Assembly: GCA_963681965.1 (NCBI GenBank)
Contig: OY820579.1
Coordinates: 1,376,001-1,440,000 of the forward strand
Direction of reading: 5' to 3'
Length of the DNA: 64,000 nucleotides
Source: a bacterium
GTDB taxonomy: Bacteria; Electryoneota; JAOADG01
Shown: positions 10,657-20,758 of the stretch, one piece after another
Numbering within the stretch: position 1 is the stretch's first letter
Layout: every line of letters starts with the position of its first letter
Position numbers and translations under genes: made by a program
Notes under the pieces: generated by a model
What the model was told of the DNA's origin: nothing
What the model saw: the letters and a program-made list of their open reading frames with translations, nothing else
Database searches by the model: none

Positions 10657-12167
10657 ACATTCCCGACGACAAACCTTTACCGCAGCTCTCGTCGTCAAAA
10701 GTCGAGCGGTTAGAGAAGTATCGCCGCTGGAATACCAGTTGGCTGGGGCGTGTCGATAGTTATTTGATTACTGCGATTGTTGCGTCGATCATGGGTTTGT
10801 TCATGCGATTGTTTCAACGGACAAGAGTGTATCATCGCGAACGCTTAGATTTTGTAAAACTTCCCACGATGCTGTTGCCAAATCATGTTTCGATTGCTGA
10901 CGATTTCTTCTTGTGCCCTCCGATATTTTATTGGCGAAGCATCTTCCGCTATGGCTGGATGCCGTATCATGCCCCGGAGGAAAAGAATTTTTTCAAGGGT
11001 AAAATTCTCAGTTACATGATGCGGAAATTAAAATGTGTACCGCTAACGCGTGGTGCCGGATTTATGCAGCCAGGGCTAGTGCGATTGATGGAATTAGCGC
11101 ATACCGATAATATGCTGTGGATGTATCCCGAAGGCGGTCGCACCCGAACTGGCGATATCAACCGTGGAAAAGCCGGTGTGGGCATGATTTTGTATCGGAC
11201 GCACGCCCAAGCCATTCCGATTTATCACACCGGTCTGCACGAAGTACTTCCAATCGGATCCAGGTTTCCTAAGTTGTATAAGAAAATCGATATCATCGTC
11301 GGCAATCCGATCGATTTTGAGGATTTGTTTCTTCTCCCGGATGAACCGAAAACCTGGCAAGCGATTGCTGATCGAATTACGATTAAACTCTCCGAGTTAC
11401 GCGATGAATTGGATGAAATTCTCGGAGTGAAAAAAAATCTGATTTCTGATTCGAGTGTCGACGATACCGTTGGAGAACAAAGAAATAGTGGAAGAATACC
11501 AATCCCGTTAATAAAGAATATTGCTCCACGGGTTCGCTGGTACGACCTGAAATGGCAATCGACGCTTGCTAACTATCTGACGGTGCTGCGATTAATTCTG
11601 GTGCCGGTATTTGTTTACTTATTCCTCTCGGAAAATTTGTTTACCCAGATTTCGGCGACATTAGTTTTTATTTTTGCCGCGATCACCGATGCAATTGATG
11701 GATACGTGGCTCGGAAACGCAATGAGGTTACCAATTTTGGTACTTTTGCCGATCCACTGGCAGACAAGCTCTTGACAATTACCACTTTTTTTCTGATTGC
11801 ATTTCGAAAAGAATTCTCGGCATTTTTCCTGAATCTTTTCGTGTTTATCTCTTTGATTGCTACACGTGAAATTGGAATTACGATGTTGCGAATTTGGGCA
11901 ATCGATCAAGGGGTACCGGTCAAAACATCGGTGTGGGGTAAAGCGAAAACCGGAATTCAACTCGGAACATTGATTGGAACACTGCTCTATTTTAATGTGC
12001 GCGATATCCTCGAAAAATACGGAATCGAAGTAGAGTATTTAAACGATAAAACGATGGTTCCGGTATTGCACGGTTTGTTTTTCCTTTGCCTTGTGATCAC
12101 GATAATTTCGGGTTTTCTTTATCTCAGGAACCTCTCCTTTCAGAAAAAGAAAAGAAACGATCAATAG
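10653..12167 (+). CDS. Fusion: PlsC/tafazzin-like acyltransferase + CDP-alcohol phosphatidyltransferase (PgsA-like)
   Basis: N-half has NHVSIADD and YPEGGRTR; C-half has ANYLTVLR and DAIDGYVARKRNEVTNFGTFADPLADK; ATG 10653 overlaps the upstream TGA (ATGA). Confidence 0.85.
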   Translation: MNIPDDKPLPQLSSSKVERLEKYRRWNTSWLGRVDSYLITAIVASIMGLFMRLFQRTRVYHRERLDFVKLPTMLLPNHVSIADDFFLCPPIFYWRSIFRYGWMPYHAPEEKNFFKGKILSYMMRKLKCVPLTRGAGFMQPGLVRLMELAHTDNMLWMYPEGGRTRTGDINRGKAGVGMILYRTHAQAIPIYHTGLHEVLPIGSRFPKLYKKIDIIVGNPIDFEDLFLLPDEPKTWQAIADRITIKLSELRDELDEILGVKKNLISDSSVDDTVGEQRNSGRIPIPLIKNIAPRVRWYDLKWQSTLANYLTVLRLILVPVFVYLFLSENLFTQISATLVFIFAAITDAIDGYVARKRNEVTNFGTFADPLADKLLTITTFFLIAFRKEFSAFFLNLFVFISLIATREIGITMLRIWAIDQGVPVKTSVWGKAKTGIQLGTLIGTLLYFNVRDILEKYGIEVEYLNDKTMVPVLHGLFFLCLVITIISGFLYLRNLSFQKKKRNDQ

Positions 12168-12484
12168 AATTTTATTATTAATTTTACGGTTTGTTGATTT
12201 TTACTAACAATCTTGATAATTGACAATATAAAACATGTTTAACTACTGATAGAATGTTAATTATTCTTGCACTCCATCCGTTACTTCATCTTGCTCCTTA
12301 CTTAAATATTCTTTAATGAGGATTGCAATCCCCTGCTGCTACACACTATACAAAAAGTAAGTAAAAATTTATTGAAGATTTACACTGATCAAATGATGAA
12401 TATCATTTTGTCAGTTATCTTTGTAACGATCCTAGTCGCTGATTATTCCTTGGAAACGATACCGATAACTGGCTCTAATTCTCA

Positions 12485-12512
12485 TTAATTTCTCGATAAA
12501 ATATGCCGAAAT
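12485..12512 (+). promoter_or_regulatory. Candidate sigma-28 (FliA/SigD)-type promoter
   Basis: taat-N15-gccgaaat against consensus TAAA-N15-GCCGATAA, upstream of an MCP-containing operon. Confidence 0.3.
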
Positions 12513-12800
12513 AAAAAATGAATGTCGAGTAGGCGTAGTGTTTTTGAAGCAGTTGAACAAACGGACAGTAAAAAAAAATCCTCATCGAGAACTCTGCAAT
12601 TTTCGAGAGATTTATATGTATTTTGTGAGTACTAGATCGTGAAGTTGGGGTTGTCTAATATAAATTCTAGTACTCTTTTTTCAACGTTCCCATTCAATTA
12701 CCACCGACGCTTAGTACTCCGCATCATTCAATCAACTACGATGTAAACAAGCACTTCTAGATCGAAATTCTTGAACAAATTAACATAGAATGGAGGCAGA

Positions 12801-14048
12801 ATGTCAATGATTGGTAACAGTATCCAATCCTGTCGAATCGTTAACGCACTAATCGTGATCTTGATTGTTGCGATCGGTGTGGGAACCATTCAGGCATCCA
12901 CTGGCATAAAAACCTATGGATATTTTTCGGTCAATTATGAGGATGTCGGGAAGCTACCTGATAAAACGAATAGTCCCGGTGAGTTTACCTATCCTCATCT
13001 AAATCTTATGTTTCAAGCGACTTCGGGGAATAATTTTCGAACATACGTCAACTTATCGGGTGATGATGCTGATGTCATCAATGTGAGAAATTACTGGGGT
13101 GAGTACGTTTACCGCGATTATTTAAAGTTCCGCGCGGGTAAGATCTATCGTCCCTTCGATCTATTCAACGAAAAACTCGACGCAGTACCAACATACCTTG
13201 GTATTGAACCTCCGGAATTGTTTGATAAAGATCATTTACTGCTTCCTCGAACCGATAACTTTCTCGTTCACGGAAACATCCCGCTATCGGGTAACATGTT
13301 GAAATATGCCGTAATGACCGGGAATTCTGAAATCGTATCCAACTCGCGACCGGTCTCATGGGATTTGAATTATAACGTTGAAAATTATCTGATCGGTACT
13401 TCCGGATATTATTCCAACGAAAAAGATGGTCCGGTGATGGGAGTTGGTGAAGGATCCCCTAATGGTGGTATTCTTCCTTGGATGGCAAGTGATAAATATT
13501 CTGTCTTGGGTGGCTATGCGCAAGCGAAGTTTGGTGGTCTATTAGTCCAAGGTGCATATTGGACAGCCAAGCACAATGCCGTTCGTGATCCAGCGAAAGT
13601 CTTGTCGATCAATCGCGGTAGATTGAACCAGCGTCAATTGGAACGATTCGGTCTGGATGTTGCTTCGCCAACGACCGCCGATGTCAAGACAGAAGCAAAA
13701 TATGATATCAATACGTATTACATTCGCTTCGGCTATACTCTACCCGAAGGTTTCATTCCCGGTGTGACTTGGGAATTGACACCGTTCTTGTTCCTCGATT
13801 ATTACAGCAATCCGGAGACGATCGCGAAGAAGTCGGATGGCGGCGATAACGAAGCTGGTGTGTCGGACGATGGTAAATTTACCAAGCCGACCATCGGTAT
13901 TGCTATTCGTCCCAATTCAAGCGTTGCGTTGAAAATCGACGCTAGTACGCATCAATATAAATGGACCGATCCAGCAGATGTTGCAGCCGGTTCGAAAAAT
14001 GTCCATTATGAAGAAATCCGCTTCGATCTATCTTTCTTCTTCGAATAA
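12801..14048 (+). CDS. Putative outer-membrane beta-barrel / porin-like protein
   Basis: Signal peptide, amphipathic beta strands, aromatic C-terminus (FDLSFFFE). Confidence 0.6.
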   Translation: MSMIGNSIQSCRIVNALIVILIVAIGVGTIQASTGIKTYGYFSVNYEDVGKLPDKTNSPGEFTYPHLNLMFQATSGNNFRTYVNLSGDDADVINVRNYWGEYVYRDYLKFRAGKIYRPFDLFNEKLDAVPTYLGIEPPELFDKDHLLLPRTDNFLVHGNIPLSGNMLKYAVMTGNSEIVSNSRPVSWDLNYNVENYLIGTSGYYSNEKDGPVMGVGEGSPNGGILPWMASDKYSVLGGYAQAKFGGLLVQGAYWTAKHNAVRDPAKVLSINRGRLNQRQLERFGLDVASPTTADVKTEAKYDINTYYIRFGYTLPEGFIPGVTWELTPFLFLDYYSNPETIAKKSDGGDNEAGVSDDGKFTKPTIGIAIRPNSSVALKIDASTHQYKWTDPADVAAGSKNVHYEEIRFDLSFFFE

Positions 14049-14068
14049 GAAACAATGAAAGGGAGAAC

Positions 14069-14506
14069 ATGAAAATGTATCGGTTTATCGGTTGTTTATT
14101 GTTGGTGGCAGTGCTGTCAATGGCTGCTTTCGGTCAAACTGTGATCATCGTGAATAGTGCCAATCCAGTTAAGGCTGCAACTCGCGCAGAAATTGCCAAT
14201 TTCTATCTTGGCAAGACCACACAATGGAGCGATGGAACGAAAGCAGTGCCGATCGATCAAAAGAAATCGTCACAAGCTGGAGCTATGTTTCTCGAGAAAA
14301 TCGTCAAAATGAAAGAAAGCGATTTCAAGAAAACATGGGTCGAGAAGATGTTATCGGGCGAAGCCGAACCATTGCAGGTGAAAGGTTCTGACGACGAAGT
14401 TGTCGAATTTGTAAAAGCGAATACCGGTGCGATCGGGTATATCAGCGCAAAGTCGGTTGCAGATGGTGTTAAAGTCTTGCCAATCGACGGCAAAAAAGAG
14501 TGGTAA
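14069..14506 (+). CDS. Small periplasmic binding protein (PstS-like single-lobe PBP)
   Basis: Signal peptide; VIIVNSANP, FYLGKTTQWSDG, VVEFVKANTGAIGYI. Confidence 0.7.
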   Translation: MKMYRFIGCLLLVAVLSMAAFGQTVIIVNSANPVKAATRAEIANFYLGKTTQWSDGTKAVPIDQKKSSQAGAMFLEKIVKMKESDFKKTWVEKMLSGEAEPLQVKGSDDEVVEFVKANTGAIGYISAKSVADGVKVLPIDGKKEW

Positions 14507-14602
14507 CAACGTTAGTTAACAAGTAGGTACTGTAGGAAGTGGATTATCGAATTGGATAGTCCACTTCCGAACGGTAAGTCGAATAAAAAATCTAGGTGAT
14601 CC

Positions 14603-17044
14603 ATGATCCAGGAAAATTCGAAACTCTTTTCCATCAAGGGAAAATTGATTGTATTGATGACAACCTTCACCTTGTTGATCTCTACTTTCACATTTTTTTA
14701 TTTTCCTGCCAAGCAGAAAACGGTTCTTGAGCAGGAAAATCAAGCACGAATTAGCACTGTAACCGAAATGGTTGCATTGGGTGCTGGCATTGGACTTGGA
14801 ACGGATCAGCTGATCGTCGTCAAGAATGTTTTCGATTGGGCGAAACTGGACAGCAATTTGAAATATATCGCGGTACTGGATAAGTCCGGTGATAAAATTT
14901 CTCAATTCCCCAAAGATCTTCAATTGGATATTGCAGCACTGAAAAATGCTGGTGATATCTCACGCGATAACGGCATCATTCGCGTCGTTAAAGAAATCAA
15001 GTACAATAATCAAATGATCGGTACCGTTCTGCTGGGTGCCGATTTGTCCGCGTTAAACAATGAACTATCGAGAACGCGTGTCGCTGCTGCGATCGTCAGC
15101 TTAGTTATCCTAATCTTTGGTGTCATCGTATCCACACTATTGGGCGGATATTTTAGTAAGCGGCTCGGCAAATTGGTATCTCTAGCCGACGCAGTTAAAT
15201 CGGGTGACTATTCGACTCGTTTGGACGATTCTGGACAAGACGAGATCAAATTACTCGGCAATTCCATGCTGGAAATGAGCACTGTACTGCAATCCAAGGA
15301 ACAAGAAGTCAATTCCGCTTTGAATGAAGCCAATGAAGCAAAGGAACGCGCAATGTCGGCACTGCTCGATTCCGAGGCGAAAGCCGCTTCGTTGAATGAG
15401 ATGGGTCGGGAATTGCAGGAGAAGCAAAGTGAAATCGCCGGTGCATTGGAAGAAGCAAATGTTGCGAAAGAAAGAGCTGTTGTGGCACTACGCGATTCCG
15501 AAGCAAAGGCGACATCGTTAAATGAAATGAGTCGTACTCTGCAAGGTAAACAAGATGAAATTGCTTTTGCCCTCAAAGATGCCGAAGTCAAAGTTTCATA
15601 TTTAAACACGATCCCTGCACCGATCATGACGATGGACACCGAGTTGAATCTGGTATTTATGAACAAATGTGCATTGGATGCCGCTGGTACGACAATCGAT
15701 GTCATTAAAGGACGAAAGTGTTTCGACTTTTTTAAGAATCCACACTGCAACACCGATCAGTGTTGTTCGATGAGAGCAATCCGAGATCAAAAAGTTCATT
15801 CCAGTGAAACAACTGTGACAGCATGGGGAAAACAAGTTCCGATTATGTACACCAGCGCGTCACTTACCGATCATAACGGCAATGTCACAGGCGCATTAGA
15901 GTACATTAGCGATATTTCCAATATTCGCAAGGTTGTCGACGAGGTTAGTACTGTCGCGGCACGGTTGCAAAAAGGCAGCTTAAAGGATCGAGTCTACGTC
16001 GAAGGAGCTGAAGGTGATTACAAACGCCTAATCGATAGTTTTAATTCCGCGATCGACAATATTCTTAAGCCGATCGATGAGACGATTTCGTGTTTGAAAC
16101 ACCTTGCCGAGGGCAATCTAACTGTTCGCATTACCGGTGACTATTCCGGCGACCATGCTGCGCTCAAGGAAGCATTGAATTCTACGCTCGAGCAATTGAA
16201 CGAGCTATTGATCGAGATCAACGTTACAGTCGATCAGGTAACAACGGGTGCAGAGCAGGTTAGTTCTGCAAGTCAGTCCCTTTCGCATGGGGCAAATGAA
16301 CAAGCGAGTTCGCTCGAGGAAATCTCGTCGGCGATGACTGAAATTGGTGCCCAAACGAATCAAAATGCTTCGAACGCCACCTTTGCCAATAAGCTTTCCG
16401 ATGAAACCAAAGAAAAAGCCGAGTTGGGCAATAAACACATGAATCAGATGTTGAAGGCGATGAATGATATCAATGAATCGTCCTCGCAGGTTTCGAAGAT
16501 TATTAAGGTGATCGATGAAATCGCATTCCAGACTAATCTCCTCGCGTTGAATGCCGCCGTTGAAGCTGCCCGTGCCGGTGAGCACGGCAAAGGCTTTGCC
16601 GTTGTCGCAGAAGAAGTTCGAAGTCTGGCACAACGGAGTGCGAAAGCTGCGAAAGAGACTTCGGAGCTGATTGAAGGATCGAAGAGCCGTGTCGATAACG
16701 GAACTAAAATTGCCCAACAAACCGCGAAAGCGCTTGAGGAAATTGCGTCTGGTGTACGGAAAGTATCCGACTTGATTAACAATATCAACTCCGCTTCCAG
16801 CGAACAGGCTGCCGGATTTGCTACGGTCAATACCGCCTTGTCGACTGTCGATCAAGTCACGCAGTCGAATTCCGCAATTGCCGAAGAAAGTGCCTCGTCA
16901 TCGGAAGAATTGACTAGTCAGGCGTTGCATGTACGCGACTTGATCTCGCGATTCAAAGTGAGCGACAGCGATGGATCCAATCGACCGATGCGTACCCGAT
17001 CAATTTCCGCATCGACTAATCGCGGGTTAAGAAGGTTCTCATAA
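14603..17044 (+). CDS. Methyl-accepting chemotaxis protein (2 TM, HAMP, coiled-coil repeat, PAS, HAMPs, MA domain)
   Basis: [41 protein letters not shown] hairpin-tip signature. Confidence 0.95.
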   Translation: MIQENSKLFSIKGKLIVLMTTFTLLISTFTFFYFPAKQKTVLEQENQARISTVTEMVALGAGIGLGTDQLIVVKNVFDWAKLDSNLKYIAVLDKSGDKISQFPKDLQLDIAALKNAGDISRDNGIIRVVKEIKYNNQMIGTVLLGADLSALNNELSRTRVAAAIVSLVILIFGVIVSTLLGGYFSKRLGKLVSLADAVKSGDYSTRLDDSGQDEIKLLGNSMLEMSTVLQSKEQEVNSALNEANEAKERAMSALLDSEAKAASLNEMGRELQEKQSEIAGALEEANVAKERAVVALRDSEAKATSLNEMSRTLQGKQDEIAFALKDAEVKVSYLNTIPAPIMTMDTELNLVFMNKCALDAAGTTIDVIKGRKCFDFFKNPHCNTDQCCSMRAIRDQKVHSSETTVTAWGKQVPIMYTSASLTDHNGNVTGALEYISDISNIRKVVDEVSTVAARLQKGSLKDRVYVEGAEGDYKRLIDSFNSAIDNILKPIDETISCLKHLAEGNLTVRITGDYSGDHAALKEALNSTLEQLNELLIEINVTVDQVTTGAEQVSSASQSLSHGANEQASSLEEISSAMTEIGAQTNQNASNATFANKLSDETKEKAELGNKHMNQMLKAMNDINESSSQVSKIIKVIDEIAFQTNLLALNAAVEAARAGEHGKGFAVVAEEVRSLAQRSAKAAKETSELIEGSKSRVDNGTKIAQQTAKALEEIASGVRKVSDLINNINSASSEQAAGFATVNTALSTVDQVTQSNSAIAEESASSSEELTSQALHVRDLISRFKVSDSDGSNRPMRTRSISASTNRGLRRFS

Positions 17045-17081
17045 AATAACTCTTATCTTCTGTAGAAATATTGAGTTAACT

Positions 17082-17114
17082 GGGCGGTGTTATCGTCAAA
17101 CACCGCCCTTGTTT
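17082..17114 (+). terminator. Probable intrinsic terminator
   Basis: gggcggtgtt...aacaccgccc hairpin followed by ttgtttt. Confidence 0.7.
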
Positions 17115-17201
17115 TATTCACTCGTAGCCTACCAACGGATTGATTGAGCCGGTCGTATCATTAGTAGTTCATATCGTAAACTATAATGGAAGGGTACGGC
17201 A

Positions 17202-17576
17202 ATGGTACAGCATTTAACCAAAGCAACATTTTTAACGCAAGTGTTCGATTTCGAACATGAATCGGCATGGCAATTCAAAGGAACAAAACCGGCAATTATC
17301 GATTTCTACGCCGATTGGTGTGGTCCTTGTAAAGCGGTTGCTCCGGTTTTAGAAAAACTTGCTGGAGAATATTCCGATAAAGTCGATGTCTACAAGATCG
17401 ATACCGAAGCAGAACAGGAATTGGCTGGTGCTTTCGGAATTCGAAGTATTCCCAGTATTCTCTTCATACCGATGGAAGGAAAGCCGATGATGCATGTCGG
17501 TGCTTTGCCGAAGGAAGCGTTTAAAGAAGTTATTGAACGCGATCTACTTGGTTCGACTAATTCGGTTTCTGCATAA
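17202..17576 (+). CDS. trxA: Thioredoxin
   Basis: DFYADWCGPCK active site, GIRSIP. Confidence 0.93.
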   Translation: MVQHLTKATFLTQVFDFEHESAWQFKGTKPAIIDFYADWCGPCKAVAPVLEKLAGEYSDKVDVYKIDTEAEQELAGAFGIRSIPSILFIPMEGKPMMHVGALPKEAFKEVIERDLLGSTNSVSA

Positions 17577-17599
17577 TTCAATATTAATTTGAAGATTGT

Positions 17600-17640
17600 A
17601 AAAGAATAAGGGCGACCCTAATGGTCGCCCTTATTCTTTT
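17600..17640. terminator. Bidirectional intrinsic terminator
   Basis: aaaagaataagggcgacc-ctaat-ggtcgcccttattctttt between convergent genes. Confidence 0.8.
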
Positions 17641-17677
17641 ACAAAGAACCAACTACCAATTTCTAAGTACTACTAAT

Positions 17678-18784
17678 CTACTGGTGTTGATACGAATAGG
17701 TCGTCGAGAAATTATCCCATTTCAATTGATAATATCCGACTCCGGCAGAATCAACTTCCGCTTTCATGAAGATCGAGTCGGCATAACTGAATTCGGTATA
17801 CCAACTTCCACTGCTATTTCGCAGCGAAGAGCCGGTAATTGCCCAGCGAATCGGAGTCAAGTCAAGCGCAGTACTGATGCCACTTCCGGTCCACCGGTAA
17901 TATGCACTATCCAACGCTACCGGTTGAATAAAAGTACCAGTGAGCCAATAAGAATAATCGTTCAATGCCCCACCCCAACCGCGACCAAAATAGGTCAGAT
18001 CGAAGCGAGCTGTACCCGACAATTTCGCAATCGAATCGGTTGTCAATCGCTTACTGTTTACTTCGTAGCTATATTTCCCGTGATGCACCGTATCACCACC
18101 GTAAAGATCCCAGCGATACCAACTCGAATCCTGAGTTCGCGTTGGGTAGCGCCAGATATCCGGATTGAACCGCACGCTCTCCGCTAATGTATCTGCAGTG
18201 GTCTTTTTGTAATTGCCATTCGTTTGCCTGAGAAATTCGGTCGTGTCGGGATACGAATGAAGTGCACCATAGCCGTGTTGAAATTGATCGACTAATAAGG
18301 TGATTTCGTATATCCGATCTAGTATCGGGGGGGCAATCGCTGTCTGATCGCCTTGAGTAAAGGTGTGAATCACCACACTGTCAGTATTGGTGTAGGGTGA
18401 ATTGCCATAAGAATTAAAGGCATACACCCGGTAATAAGTGAGCGTGGTTAAATTGACCGTCGAATCGGTAAACCGAACGACATTGGAATCGACGACACCT
18501 AACACCGAATAGCCAGTATCGCTTAACACTTTTCGATCAATCCGGAATCCGGCTTCGCGTTGCGAATTATCCTGCCAAACTAGCAATACCCGATGCGATG
18601 AGATAATTTCTGCTTGAAAACTAGTTGGTGGAGCCGGGATCGTTGTGTCGGGATAAGTGGTAGTTGTATCGGTATTATTGTGATTCGACACCGGATTCTT
18701 ATTGCTTTCTTTTTTACATGAAGAGAACGCCAGAATCAGTAGGATAGTGAACAATGTGAAAACACCGAACCATCTGGATTTCAT
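17678..18784 (-). CDS. Lipoprotein with fibronectin type III-like domain
   Basis: Lipobox AFSSC; PAPPTSF...LVWQDNS..EAGFRIDR...YYRVYAFNSYGNSPY. Confidence 0.75.
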   Translation of the reverse strand: MKSRWFGVFTLFTILLILAFSSCKKESNKNPVSNHNNTDTTTTYPDTTIPAPPTSFQAEIISSHRVLLVWQDNSQREAGFRIDRKVLSDTGYSVLGVVDSNVVRFTDSTVNLTTLTYYRVYAFNSYGNSPYTNTDSVVIHTFTQGDQTAIAPPILDRIYEITLLVDQFQHGYGALHSYPDTTEFLRQTNGNYKKTTADTLAESVRFNPDIWRYPTRTQDSSWYRWDLYGGDTVHHGKYSYEVNSKRLTTDSIAKLSGTARFDLTYFGRGWGGALNDYSYWLTGTFIQPVALDSAYYRWTGSGISTALDLTPIRWAITGSSLRNSSGSWYTEFSYADSIFMKAEVDSAGVGYYQLKWDNFSTTYSYQHQ

Positions 18785-18811
18785 GTAATACTCTCCTGCC
18801 CGTCTGATTTG

Positions 18812-19777
18812 CTAATGTTTTGATTTACTTTTTGAGAATCGGTCGACGATTACCGATAAAATGATCGATAAAAATAATGTAACTGCAACAACCACCAGAC
18901 TGGTTTGTGCGGATATTTCCAGCCAGTGCTTCACGAGCATCTTCACCCCGATGAATGCCAAGATCAAGGCAATTGCCAGTTTCAAATAGCGAAAGAGCGG
19001 TAACAGTCGGTCCAACACGAAAAAGAGTGAGCGTAATCCCAGAATTGCAAATATATTCGATGTATATACCAGAAACGGATTGGAAGTAATCGAAAAGATT
19101 GCTGGAATCGAATCGACTGCAAAGAGAATATCGGTAGTTTCAACTGCAATCAAAACCAGAATTAACGGCGTTAGCATCCGTTTTCCGTTTTGCTTTGAAA
19201 AGAACCGTGCACCATCGTAGTAGTCTATCACTGGAAAACGTTTGCGCATCCAGCGGAGAATCAAATTGTTTTCCGGTTTTACGTTGGCATCTTCTTTCGC
19301 TAATACCATTTGAATGGCGGTATAAACCAGAAATGCCCCGAAGATATAGAGTATCCATTCGAACCGGGAGATTAAAATGGCTCCTGCTGCCACAAAAACT
19401 CCCCGGAAAAACAAAGCTCCGATAATGCCCCAGAATAACACACGATGGCGGTATTCGCTTGGAACCGCGAAATAACTGAACAAAAGAACGAAAACGAACA
19501 AGTTGTCGACCGAAAGCGAATACTCGACGAGGTAACCGGTGACAAACAAGATTGCTGGTTTTGGACCATATTCATTGAAGATCCAAAGTGCAAACAATCC
19601 GGCAGCAGCAACATAAAATCCCACCCAAGCAATCGCTTCCCAAAACTTCGGTGAATGAGCTCTTCGTTGACCGAAACCAAGGTCGATCGACAATAAAGCG
19701 AAGACGATGACATGGAATACAATCCACATCCATAAGGGAGGAGATATTTCCGACATTAATTGTGTTGTTGGTTCCAT
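18812..19777 (-). CDS. TerC/Alx family membrane protein
   Basis: GYLVEYSLSVDNLFVF, RVLFWGIIGA, DILFAVDSIPAI, SNIFAILGLRSL. Confidence 0.93.
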   Translation of the reverse strand: MEPTTQLMSEISPPLWMWIVFHVIVFALLSIDLGFGQRRAHSPKFWEAIAWVGFYVAAAGLFALWIFNEYGPKPAILFVTGYLVEYSLSVDNLFVFVLLFSYFAVPSEYRHRVLFWGIIGALFFRGVFVAAGAILISRFEWILYIFGAFLVYTAIQMVLAKEDANVKPENNLILRWMRKRFPVIDYYDGARFFSKQNGKRMLTPLILVLIAVETTDILFAVDSIPAIFSITSNPFLVYTSNIFAILGLRSLFFVLDRLLPLFRYLKLAIALILAFIGVKMLVKHWLEISAQTSLVVVAVTLFLSIILSVIVDRFSKSKSKH

Positions 19778-19970
19778 TGTTTACCTTTTTCTGCTAGTAT
19801 AATATACGGAGAATCCACAAATTGGAAAATTGAGAAAAAAGTAACAAACTGGTCGAGTGAATTTCTGCTTGGGTGTGTCGATAGAGTGGTAATGTGTGAA
19901 AATACGCGCGTTCACGTTTGATGATGCAAGACATGTGATATGCGTTCGAATTTGCATCGAATCATTCTGA

Positions 19971-19988
19971 TTGTTACCTTATTCACAA
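19971..19988. promoter_or_regulatory. Candidate Rex operator upstream of the hox operon
   Basis: TTGTTAC-CTTA-TTCACAA against Rex consensus TTGTGAA-N4-TTCACAA (2 mismatches). Confidence 0.35.
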
Positions 19989-20260
19989 ATGATGGTACTC
20001 ATAACTGAAGTATTATCCATTAGTTGAAACGCTGTTGTATCGCGATGCGACATTTGGAAACGATCCCCTTGTTACCCTTGCTGGACGCCACTTGCCGAAG
20101 TACTTCTATTTTCGCATACCGACGTTTTTCATTCAATATTCCGGTTAAATTGCGAATTCCGATACGTGGATCGTAGAGAGTTCGTTGTAGTTGTTTTCGT
20201 CACAACGTCTCATTTTCCGGATTGATTTCGACACGATTCTTATTGTAAGGAGGACGCAAC

Positions 20261-20758
20261 GTGTTGAATTATGTCAAACCAGCACCACCATCGACCGATA
20301 AACGATGGAAGTTGGTTCAAGCGGAGATGCGGAAATTTGGAAATTCGCACTACGCGTTGATTCAAACACTACACGCTGTTCAAGACGCCTTCGGCTTCCT
20401 CGATGACGATGCCTTGACCTATGTCGCAACGGCATTGCGAGTGCCACTCAGCCGCGTGTACGGTGTCGCAACGTTCTACCACTATTTCACACTCAAGCCT
20501 GCCGGGCGACACACCTGTACAATTTGTACCGGTACCGCATGTTACATCAAGGGAGTGCCGGATCTCCTCAAAGCGATCCAAGAACGATTCGGTGTCAAGT
20601 TAGGCGAAACTACCGAAGACAATGCAATCTCGTTTCTCTCTGCCCGGTGTGTCGGAGCCTGCGGTTTAGCGCCCGTTGCGGTGATCGATGGTGAAACCGT
20701 CGGTAAATTGACGGCTTCCACTCTGATTTCGAAACTGGAGGAGGTAGCTGCGAAATGA
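20261..20758 (+). CDS. hoxE: Bidirectional hydrogenase diaphorase subunit HoxE (NuoE-like)
   Basis: GVATFYHYF, CTGTACY, CVGACGLAP [2Fe-2S] motifs; RBS aggagg before GTG. Confidence 0.9.
   Translation: MLNYVKPAPPSTDKRWKLVQAEMRKFGNSHYALIQTLHAVQDAFGFLDDDALTYVATALRVPLSRVYGVATFYHYFTLKPAGRHTCTICTGTACYIKGVPDLLKAIQERFGVKLGETTEDNAISFLSARCVGACGLAPVAVIDGETVGKLTASTLISKLEEVAAK

Noticed and set aside
19778-19960. yybP-ykoY (Mn2+) riboswitch upstream of the terC-like gene
   Set aside because: The expected AAAGGGGAGUAGC-like core was not found on the minus strand.
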